In this document: one piece after another, positions 47,078-54,991 of the stretch | Numbering within the stretch: position 1 is the stretch's first letter | Layout of the letters: the number at the start of each line of letters is the position of its first letter | Source of the DNA: a virus | DNA length: 64,000 bases | Virus record (IMG/VR): IMGVR_UViG_3300036828_000413 | Location: 7,761 to 71,760 of that record | Reading direction: 5' to 3' (one strand) | The notes under the pieces: model-generated | What the model was told of the DNA's origin: nothing | Seen by the model: only the letters and a program-made list of their open reading frames with translations | Databases searched by the model: none | Translations under genes and position numbers: made by a program

Positions 47078-48168
47078 CTCCAGCTCGACCAGTACGATAG
47101 CAGTCCAGTTACTCTCGGGTGGCCGATCGCTCCAGCGAGGTGGAGCGCGGCCGTGTCTACGCTCACGATCTCATCCATGGCCGTCATCAACCCAGCGCAG
47201 TCGGCAAAGTCCTCAAACCTGTGGGGGATGACTCCGAGATCGGCCGCGAGCTCAGCACCCTGGGACTGAACGCTGTGCAGCTCTGCGTCTTGGCCCAGGG
47301 CTCGCGCGAGCAGGCCTAGCTCGATCTCTCTGGGGTAGTCTGCGTCGCAGGGCTTGCCCACTGACCACGCCAGGCCTATCCGCCTTCGCCTCTTCGACCC
47401 GAGCTCTATGTGCCACTTGTTGGTCAGGCGCATGGGCGGGCGGAGGTACGGCGCACCCAAGACGACGTCGTCTGGGGTGATGTTGAGTATGTAGAGCAGG
47501 TGGAGGATCGGAGCGAAGAAGTCGCAGTCAATTGGCTCCGCGACCACGATCCCACACTGCTCGGCCAATTTGCGCAGCTCGGGAGGCATGACCATGATCG
47601 TCTTGGGCATGTCCCGCACGTAGCGCATCATCATGATGCTGTCACCGAACCCGTGGGCGTGGAGCAAGAGCAATCGCTTTCCGGTCAGTGGCTCACCCTT
47701 CCACGGCCGCAGACCCAGCGAGAGCGCGTGCTCGACCTGGGGTCTCATGAACGGCCTGCTCTGCTCACACTCCCAGTACTCGTGGAGACCCTCGCGCCAC
47801 CTTCCGGCGGACAGCAGGATCATGGCCCGATTGAACTTGGCCCTCAGCGTGGGTGCCGCCAACAGTGTCAGGTCCGCTTCCACGAGAGCGTCCGATAGCT
47901 CATTGCGCCTGTACAGCTCAACCATCCGGTTGAAGTGGAGGAGGTAGTCATCGATGTCGGTCTTGAGCTCATTGGTGACCCTCCTCCTGCCGATCGGTCT
48001 ACCCTCATAAGACACGAGGGTAGACTCGGGCACGACCGCCCTGTGCCCGTTCTCGCCCCTGACCTCAAATACCTCTCCGCAGCCGGTCAGTCCCCTCCAG
48101 CCATAGGGCGTCTGCTCGCAGGAGACGATCGGATCCATGTCCGGCAGGTCATCGAAGAAGCCAGTCAT
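46993..48168 (-). CDS. TPR-containing GT-B glycosyltransferase (GT9-like)
   Basis: FN.A..LL..G.W.EG..EY, W.GE.L.GK.LLL...GFGD.I...RY, IGLAWS, DFAD.A.L...MD.IVSVDTA.LHLAGAIG. Confidence 0.85.
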   Translation of the reverse strand: MTGFFDDLPDMDPIVSCEQTPYGWRGLTGCGEVFEVRGENGHRAVVPESTLVSYEGRPIGRRRVTNELKTDIDDYLLHFNRMVELYRRNELSDALVEADLTLLAAPTLRAKFNRAMILLSAGRWREGLHEYWECEQSRPFMRPQVEHALSLGLRPWKGEPLTGKRLLLLHAHGFGDSIMMMRYVRDMPKTIMVMPPELRKLAEQCGIVVAEPIDCDFFAPILHLLYILNITPDDVVLGAPYLRPPMRLTNKWHIELGSKRRRRIGLAWSVGKPCDADYPREIELGLLARALGQDAELHSVQSQGAELAADLGVIPHRFEDFADCAGLMTAMDEIVSVDTAALHLAGAIGHPRVTGLLSYWSSWRWGVRWYDNVRLCRQVVDGDWLSALDQR

Positions 48169-48172
48169 CGCG

Positions 48173-49246
48173 CTACTTCCACGCTGGCGTGAGCCAGGCC
48201 ACACCTCGCGCGTCTCGGAGCACCCAGGACACGGGCCACCTCAGCTTGAGCGCGATCGAGTCGCTCTGGAACAGGCTTCGCTCTGGACCGGTTGAGCCGA
48301 ACGTGCCGGTTGGAACGGTGTCCATCAGCAGAGTGCCGGTGCTGGCCGTCTCTATGTCCGGGGTTGGACTGATCGCGGCCGCGAGTGCCTGCGGGGCGAT
48401 CACGATGACGTCGGCGCCGACCGCGGGTGAGGCCACTGGGATGATCATCGCGTCGGTGCCCTCGGCCTTGAGGCTGCCGTACCGCCCGCTGGCGCTGGCC
48501 AGGCGACCGATTGAAGAGACGATGAAGAACGGCCCATTGCCTCCGACCTGGCCCACGCCGTTGAGCAGCGTGGCCATGTCCTCGAAGAAGGCGCCGAACG
48601 CGTCCGCGTTGCCACTGGCCGTGAGCGCCACGATCCCGTTGCGGATGCCCGCTGGCGCTGCGGGGGTGGCCACAGTGTTGCCGAACAGCACCGCGTCCAG
48701 GGCCAGACCCGCAGACCTGACCAGGGTGTCTCCGATGATCGCCTCTGCGTTCGAGCTCTCGACCATCTCCCGCGTGAGCACGGCTATCGAGGCCAGCTTG
48801 TGCGGGAGCAGCGTCTGGCCAGTGTCGGAGAACTGGCGGACTGGGATGGGGTCGCCCTCGGCGACGAACCCTCCATTGGCCGCCGAGGCCACGAACCCGG
48901 GCACGCCGAGGCTCCCGGCCCCATTCCACGTGAGCAGCAGGCTTCCACCCAGCACCCTCGCCCCAGACGAGGCGGCGCCGAGCGCCTGCATGACGTCTGC
49001 GGTCACCTTGTGGGCGAGCTCCATGGCCCACCCAGGGATCGTAGTCATCGCCGGGGCTGAGGCCGCCTTGACCACCGCGGCCAGCTCTCGGTCGCTGGGC
49101 CAGAGCTCGGCGACCACGGCCTCGAACCTGGACTTTCTCACCACGGCCACGGCCCTGGCCACCAGCATTCGCCGGAACAGGTTGCCCCGAGGCAGGTCGA
49201 GCGGGGGCTCGCTCTTTTTGAAGGTTTGTATGACCAGCTCGTTCAT
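48173..49246 (-). CDS. Second major-capsid-like protein (paralog of the capsid domain of 44179-46422)
   Basis: Shares ASAPAMTT..GWA.EL, FV.EG..IPVRQ, RSLFQ.DS.AL and VAW blocks with the main capsid. Confidence 0.88.
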   Translation of the reverse strand: MNELVIQTFKKSEPPLDLPRGNLFRRMLVARAVAVVRKSRFEAVVAELWPSDRELAAVVKAASAPAMTTIPGWAMELAHKVTADVMQALGAASSGARVLGGSLLLTWNGAGSLGVPGFVASAANGGFVAEGDPIPVRQFSDTGQTLLPHKLASIAVLTREMVESSNAEAIIGDTLVRSAGLALDAVLFGNTVATPAAPAGIRNGIVALTASGNADAFGAFFEDMATLLNGVGQVGGNGPFFIVSSIGRLASASGRYGSLKAEGTDAMIIPVASPAVGADVIVIAPQALAAAISPTPDIETASTGTLLMDTVPTGTFGSTGPERSLFQSDSIALKLRWPVSWVLRDARGVAWLTPAWK

Positions 49247-49256
49247 CGTGCGACTC

Positions 49257-50855
49257 CTATGCGATCAGGGTGTCCAGGTCGACGACCTTCTTCGGCTCCT
49301 TCACGGCGCCGGCGGACAGGGCCATGGCCATGGCCACGAGGGCGTCGATCCTGGACCGGTACTTGGTATTTGACTTGTCGAACTTGCGGCCGCCCGCCGG
49401 GTCCTTGACCACGACGGCGTTGTTGGCGCACCAGGTCAGCACGGGATTGAGCCCGTGGCGGATCTTCTCCTGGACGATCAGTCGCTCCACGCAGTCGACT
49501 GCTGGGGACATGTCCTTGTAGCCCTGCCCGTGCTCGACCAGCGGGACCCGGCAGCCGATCTGGTCGAGCTCCCGCTTGAGCTCGTGGATCCTCCACCGGT
49601 CGAACGCGAGGCCCTGGATCGGGTTGATCCCGTTGATCTCGGCGATCTTCCTCGCGACGGCCCGAGGGTCGGTGGCCACGCCGCTCCCGATGACCAGGCC
49701 CTGCCGCTCCCAGACCTCGTAGGGGACGCCGTCCTCCTCGCCCTTGTCCCTGAGGTTGCCCGGCACCCACACCCACGGCTTGACGTTCCAGTCCCCGCGC
49801 TCATCGAGGTAGGCGACCACCAGCGCCGTGAGGTCCCTCGTGCTGCCGATGTCCAATCCAGCCCAGACCCGCGCGCCCTGGGGGATGACCGGCTCCTGGC
49901 CGCAGGCCCGCCACGCACTCGGCTCCATGAACCTCGCCTCCGCGGCCACCCGCTGGTTCAGGATCAGGTTGCGGAACGCGTTCTCCTTCGTGGCCATTCT
50001 CTGGGCCTGGCCGGCCAGTCGCTTGACGTCCTCCCTCGACCTGAAGTCGCCCAGCGCGGGGTTGGCCAGCTCCCACGTGTCTTCGGACCACGGGTCAGCG
50101 TCCTCGGGCGCCGCATACAGGGTGAGCAGAAAGGAGTGGTCCTTGATCTCGCCGGCGTTCACCTTGATCCCATAGTCGATCAGGTGGGAGAGCGGGGCGT
50201 AGGAGTCGGCCGCCTGCGTGGAGATGACCAGCATCAGCGGCTCCTTGCGGGCACCCATCGCGCTGTCCATGGCGTCGTACAGCTCGCGAGAGTTGGCCTG
50301 GCCCAGCTCGTCGTACACGACGAAGCTCGGGGAGAGGCCCATCTTGGTCTTCGCCTCGGAGGTCAGGGTGTAGTAGATACTCCCGTTGTACACGTCGGTC
50401 ATGCTCTTCGTGAAACTGGAGATGTTCACCCGGGCGCACAGCCACGGGTGGTGCATGACGATCGCCTCCATCTCGTTGTATATCTTGCCGGCCTGGAACC
50501 GATCGTTGGCGCAGGCGTACACCTCGCCGCGGCTCTCGGCCTCGGGACCACAGAGGTGGCAGAGCGCGAGCGCCGCAGCCAGCTGGGTCTTTCCATTCTT
50601 GCGGGCCATCGAGAGCACTGCGGTCCTGACCAACCGCAGGTCTCTCTGGTTGACCCGGTAGACCCTCCTGATGAACAGCTTCTGCCACGGTCTCAGGAGC
50701 AGCTTCTTCCCGGAGTCGGCGCCACTGGTGACCGTGAGGTCCTCGATGAACGCCATCACGCGCTCGGCGCGGGAGAGGCCAGGCTTGTCCCACGGGTTCA
50801 CCCTCTGTGGGGGTGTGGACGCCTTCGGGATGGCGCCTATGCCTCTCCTGCCCAT
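49257..50855 (-). CDS. terL: Terminase large subunit
   Basis: LRPWQ, Walker A ARKNGKT, Walker B VVYDE, ISTQ, nuclease GLDIG...DLT, IDALVA. Confidence 0.95.
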   Translation of the reverse strand: MGRRGIGAIPKASTPPQRVNPWDKPGLSRAERVMAFIEDLTVTSGADSGKKLLLRPWQKLFIRRVYRVNQRDLRLVRTAVLSMARKNGKTQLAAALALCHLCGPEAESRGEVYACANDRFQAGKIYNEMEAIVMHHPWLCARVNISSFTKSMTDVYNGSIYYTLTSEAKTKMGLSPSFVVYDELGQANSRELYDAMDSAMGARKEPLMLVISTQAADSYAPLSHLIDYGIKVNAGEIKDHSFLLTLYAAPEDADPWSEDTWELANPALGDFRSREDVKRLAGQAQRMATKENAFRNLILNQRVAAEARFMEPSAWRACGQEPVIPQGARVWAGLDIGSTRDLTALVVAYLDERGDWNVKPWVWVPGNLRDKGEEDGVPYEVWERQGLVIGSGVATDPRAVARKIAEINGINPIQGLAFDRWRIHELKRELDQIGCRVPLVEHGQGYKDMSPAVDCVERLIVQEKIRHGLNPVLTWCANNAVVVKDPAGGRKFDKSNTKYRSRIDALVAMAMALSAGAVKEPKKVVDLDTLIA

Positions 50856-50858
50856 CGT

Positions 50859-51500
50859 CTATTTCGTCGGTGCCGGGTGGTCTACGTTCGGAGTGCCGAC
50901 CACGACCCAGCCGGTGCTCTCGCTCCAGCCGAGGTGCCACTCGATCAGCTTCTGCCTCTCCTCGTCCGGCGTATCCGGCGGCAGGAAGATCGGTGGGGTC
51001 GGGAACGGCTGGTTTGCGCCGCCCCAGATCCCGAGCGGGGGAGGAGGAATCACAATCGGGTGGCTGGGCACTCCAGGCTCGACCGCGTCCGGAGGGATGA
51101 CGATCGGGTGGGCTGGGTGGCCAGGCGAGGGCCAGATGCCCGGCGGCAAATAGATCGGGTGCTCAGGCTTGCCACCGCCAAGGCTGCCCGGAGGAATGAC
51201 GATCGGGTGGCCGGGATACACCGGGAGATAGATCGGGTGGGTGGGCACGCCGGGGGCGATCGCGTCCGGAGGGATGATGATCGGATGCGATGGACCTCCG
51301 CCCGGAGCGATCGGGTGGGCTGGGTGGCCAGGCGAGGGCCAGATGCCCGGAGGAGGTCCGCCGGGAGCGATCGGGTGCGCCGGGTAGCCTGGCCCAGGCC
51401 AGACCTCTGGCGGGGGACCGCCAGGGGCGATCGGGTGGGTCGGCACATTGCCCGACGGCTCGTCGAGCAGCATGATGTAGGCCAGTGAACCTCTTGGCAT
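50859..51500 (-). CDS. Proline-rich P-x-H-P-I repeat protein
   Basis: AGGAGG RBS. Nine PxHPI units and a Trp-containing C-terminal segment. Confidence 0.85.
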   Translation of the reverse strand: MPRGSLAYIMLLDEPSGNVPTHPIAPGGPPPEVWPGPGYPAHPIAPGGPPPGIWPSPGHPAHPIAPGGGPSHPIIIPPDAIAPGVPTHPIYLPVYPGHPIVIPPGSLGGGKPEHPIYLPPGIWPSPGHPAHPIVIPPDAVEPGVPSHPIVIPPPPLGIWGGANQPFPTPPIFLPPDTPDEERQKLIEWHLGWSESTGWVVVGTPNVDHPAPTK

Positions 51501-51667
51501 GTTAAAACCTCCTGGTTTGGTCTATTGCCGGATTTCCGGCAATAGACTGTTGAACGAACGCCACCCCCTATGCAATACGCAGAAGAGGCCCGCCTGTTAA
51601 GACGAACCTCCTCTGAACCTAGACGGACCGAAAGCCAGGGGGTGAGGGGCCTCGGTCCAATCTTCGG

Positions 51668-52030
51668 TTAGGGCGTTACACGGGTGAACCCGATGCCAAC
51701 ACCGGCACCCACGTTATTGGATAGCGCACCGGAGGCCGCAGCGCCATTCCCGATGCTCAACGCACCGGACGCGGCATTGCTCTGGCCAGCCGAGGCACCG
51801 ACCGCGGACGACAGGCTGCCCGCGGGCGAGTTTGCGGCGATCCCAGCACCGAGCGAGGTGTTGGTTCCAGTTGCGAGCGATCCGGCCGCGGCAGATCCAG
51901 TAGAGCCAGCAACCGTCGCCGTATTCACGTGACCAAAGTTAAATCCGGTGCCGACGGCCACGCTGGAGCCAGCAAGAGCTGGGCCAGACATGAGGGCGGC
52001 AGCGGCCACAGAGAGCAATAATTTACGCAT
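51668..52030 (-). CDS. Secreted Gly/Ala/Ser-rich protein
   Basis: Signal peptide MRKLLLSVAAAALMSGPALA. Mature region nearly uncharged. Confidence 0.8.
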   Translation of the reverse strand: MRKLLLSVAAAALMSGPALAGSSVAVGTGFNFGHVNTATVAGSTGSAAAGSLATGTNTSLGAGIAANSPAGSLSSAVGASAGQSNAASGALSIGNGAAASGALSNNVGAGVGIGFTRVTP

Positions 52031-52103
52031 AGGTCTCACCTTTGTTAGCTGCCCCGAGTGCTAGACTGGCCCGGGTGCGGCAGCGACCACCCGAGCGAGC
52101 TCG

Positions 52104-52844
52104 CTAAGACTTGGCTCCATCTGGTGCGGAGGGCTGCGCAGTCTTTTTCTTCGGGTGGTGGGTGTAGGCCCAGACCCGGCACTTCTGGCCGGGCTCGTCG
52201 TAGTCATTGCAGAGGCGGTCCCTTCCGGTCTTGCCGTCGACCAGCAGGATCGGTCCGCCGGAGTGGTTGAATGCCTGCCTGAAGTTGTCAGGCGGTGGCG
52301 GCGGAGCGGCCGCCGGGAATAATACGAAGCCCGCCGACTGGGGCGGTGGCGGCAGATAGACCACGCATATCTCGGGCATCGAGCGGTAGACGTCTGGCTG
52401 GAGGCAGAGCCTGGCGATGGCCGCCTTCTTCAGGCCGAAGCTCCAGAGCGTACGCGCATCCAGCCTCGCAGCGCAGCTTGGGTCTGGGATCGTTGTCCCA
52501 AACGTGGCCCCGGTCCCAACCACGCCAGCTCCCGCAGATACAGACCCAAGGCAGGTCTCCAGGCCCGCGGCCGCCAGACCCGGGGCGAACACGGTGGGCA
52601 CGTTTTTTATGGTCTGGGTCCCGGTGTTGTTGACGGTCTGGACGGCTGGGGTGTTGGCGTTGACCGTGAGGCTAGAGGTGGACGATCCACCCTGGCCTCC
52701 CTGGCCAGAGATCGCGACGGCCTTGGCCGCCGAGGCGGAGCTAGACTTGGCTACCCCAACCCCGGTGGCCGTGGTGGTCTGGGCGATCGCCGGGGCCGTG
52801 GTCAGCGCCAGCGACAGCGATAGTGCGTAGACGAGAGGTCTCAT
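52104..52844 (-). CDS. Secreted Cys-containing protein
   Basis: Signal peptide ending APAIA, S/T/A-rich stretch, ETCLGSVS.G...FG.T..D..C..RL..R.L...G...AA.ARLC. Confidence 0.8.
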   Translation of the reverse strand: MRPLVYALSLSLALTTAPAIAQTTTATGVGVAKSSSASAAKAVAISGQGGQGGSSTSSLTVNANTPAVQTVNNTGTQTIKNVPTVFAPGLAAAGLETCLGSVSAGAGVVGTGATFGTTIPDPSCAARLDARTLWSFGLKKAAIARLCLQPDVYRSMPEICVVYLPPPPQSAGFVLFPAAAPPPPPDNFRQAFNHSGGPILLVDGKTGRDRLCNDYDEPGQKCRVWAYTHHPKKKTAQPSAPDGAKS

Positions 52845-52963
52845 GCTCAGTCCCCTTTTGTTTTCACGCCCCTTTTTAGTGGCGGGGACCTTAAACGCTT
52901 TGTGGCTTTTTGGCAGTAGCTTTTTGGCAACACTAAGGCAAAAAATTTCTCACGAGAGGAACT

Positions 52964-53058
52964 GCACGGGATTTTAATCACCGCCCGTGCTCGGTGAGGG
53001 GCAGACAAAGTTGGGTGTTCGCCCAACTCCTCCACGGTCCACCACTCCCTTGCGGGAG
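52964..53058 (-). ncRNA. Late intergenic structured motif, copy B, with H-type pseudoknot
   Basis: Minus strand: CTCCC-GCAA-GGGAG TGGTGGACCGTGGA hairpin CTGCCCC, then TCACCG-A-GCACGGG-CGGTGA-TTAAAAT-CCCGTGC. Confidence 0.55.
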
Positions 53059-53061
53059 ACG

Positions 53062-53157
53062 CTAATAGAATGCGAATGTGAGCAAGAGAACTACGATCAC
53101 TAGCAGCGTAATGACAACCATAGCGGTCCTCCGGTCGTCATCCCAGGGCGTCTGCAT
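53062..53157 (-). CDS. 31-aa single-TM peptide (not in ORF track)
   Basis: MQTPWDDDRRTAMVVITLLVIVVLLLTFAFY. Confidence 0.5.
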   Translation of the reverse strand: MQTPWDDDRRTAMVVITLLVIVVLLLTFAFY

Positions 53158-53398
53158 TGTTTACCCACTGTCTCACCCCGAGATTTTGAGCCGACCTCAC
53201 TGCCTCCCGTCAAACCAGGAGTTAAACCGAGAGGCAGGAGGCCGGGCCCACTGCCGAAGCCTCTCGGCCACGGAAGAAAAGAGCGGCGGGCGCTTGCAGT
53301 CGCCCCTACAGTTTGAAGTCCGTCTATTCGGACTGCCGCCAAGTTTAGGGAGGCCACCCCCTATGCAAGGCGTCCGCCCAGGAACCCAATGGAACCGA

Positions 53399-53716
53399 TT
53401 AATCCGTGAATACTGGCTTACCTCACGGTCTGAAAGAAGAAAATTCTACTACGGTTCCCGAGCTCGGTAGAATGGGTCGCCGGATACCTCCAGAATTACG
53501 GATTACGGAACTCACTTAGCCGGGTTCCAAATCCGTAAACCGTGGTGTTCACTACGGAAATCCGTTGGCCCAAATCTGATTTGAAATATGTATAAATTCC
53601 CGCGCCGCCGCGGAACAATTCGTGGGGGGAATAACTTTCTCGGCAGCCCCCCCTCCCCGTAATTTCATTCCCCGCAGGAGAATAACATTCTCTACGGTTC
53701 CCGAGTTCCGTGAGGT
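53399..53716. other. Putative cos / packaging region with iterated YACGGWWY sites
   Basis: Non-coding, next to the HNH gene. About 11 ACGG-core sites in both orientations and a quasi-symmetric AATTCCCGCGCCGCCGCGGAACAATT. Confidence 0.55.
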
Positions 53717-53726
53717 ATCGTATTAT

Positions 53727-54065
53727 TCACCCGCTGGCTCGGCCAGTCCTGGCTCTCTCGTTCGAAGGATGGGCAGGATCGAGCGGCCAACCGTCCGCAC
53801 CAAACTTCACATCGTAACCGCGCAGCTCTTGCAATCGCTTGCGTCTGTCATGGCAGTCGAAGCAGAGTGACTGGAGCTCACCTATCAGGAACGAGTTATA
53901 GTCTCCACGATGAGGTACTACGTGGTCGGCCACTCTGGCCGCAGAGACCTTCCCTGCGTCGGCACACTTCCTGCATAGCGGCTCTAGCCTGAGCTGGAGG
54001 GCTCTACGCTTCCACCACCTAGCGCTATGATACCACTCGTGATACTTGCCTTTCCGTGCTGCCAT
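53727..54065 (-). CDS. HNH endonuclease (terminase-associated, HK97 gp74-like)
   Basis: WY.S.RW...R..QL..EPLC..C...VADHV.PHRGD...LQSLC..CH. Confidence 0.92.
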   Translation of the reverse strand: MAARKGKYHEWYHSARWWKRRALQLRLEPLCRKCADAGKVSAARVADHVVPHRGDYNSFLIGELQSLCFDCHDRRKRLQELRGYDVKFGADGWPLDPAHPSNERARTGRASG

Positions 54066-54156
54066 GCTTCGCACTCTGCCAAAACCACCAGCAGACTGAT
54101 TAGACTAAGCGCGAGCGAACCGTAGGGCGGCTTGTATTGGTTCTTGATTGGCCGAC

Positions 54157-54660
54157 TTATGCGGCTGCCAAGTCCGTCTCGCTATGCCAGACTGGTGTTT
54201 CTCCTCCAAAAAAGTTGGTTACGATCTTTACGCTGTTTCCGCGAAACTCATTGCACGTTCCGACGTGACCTCGCATCACTCCGGATAAGATCACGACCTT
54301 GCGACCAACGGTCAAGCGAGGCGCGACTTGGACGATCGGTGCGGGCACGAGACCCTCGCTCTCGCTGGAACGCATCTTGGAAATTTCCTCGTCTAGCCGA
54401 TCACTGCTCGCCGGGCTCTCGCCTTCCATGACGACGCCGGTTATTCCGTCTACATCGAACAGGAAATAAAACACCCTGCTCCTCACGAACAGGTAGCAGG
54501 GATAAAGCGGTTTTACGATCCAGCGCTTGCGGTGAGAGCGGCGGTCTATGGTCTGCTGGGCGAACTTGGGCCAGTAGCTCTCGGTGTCCAGCCGGGCCAG
54601 GCGCGAGACAACCGTGCTCTCCACGTTGGCCATCACCCTAGCTACTATCCAAGCTGGCAT
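54157..54660 (-). CDS. NusG/RfaH-family transcription antiterminator
   Basis: NGN domain W.V......E......L.......Y.P...PLYPCYLFV and KOW motif G.KV.I.SG.M.G..G. Confidence 0.85.
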   Translation of the reverse strand: MPAWIVARVMANVESTVVSRLARLDTESYWPKFAQQTIDRRSHRKRWIVKPLYPCYLFVRSRVFYFLFDVDGITGVVMEGESPASSDRLDEEISKMRSSESEGLVPAPIVQVAPRLTVGRKVVILSGVMRGHVGTCNEFRGNSVKIVTNFFGGETPVWHSETDLAAA

Positions 54661-54991
54661 CCTGGGGGAAGCTCCTTGAGCGAGGAGGTGAGGACTTGGC
54701 TTGGGGCGCGAGCATCCTCCAAACGAAAAAGTTTGTCCAGCTCTCAAGCGGAAGTGGCCTTGCCACACAAGATCCGATGGCTTTTTCATTTCCATTTTAG
54801 GGGCACTTTTCTAAAAGTTGCTTACTTAATTCCTTCTCTTTTTTTCCTATTCTCACACCAACTAAGAGAGCAAGGCCTAAAAAATGGAAATGGAAATGCC
54901 AGAAACATTAGAGAAACAGGAATGAATGAATAAACACTACTTTTTGTGGCAGCAAGCCTGACCCAAAGAGGGAACTAAAAAACCTCACGGA

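Noticed and set aside
53444-53472. Group II intron domain V remnant (TACGGTTC)
   Set aside because: The upstream GAGCCG half of domain V is missing. Better explained as one of the local iterons.
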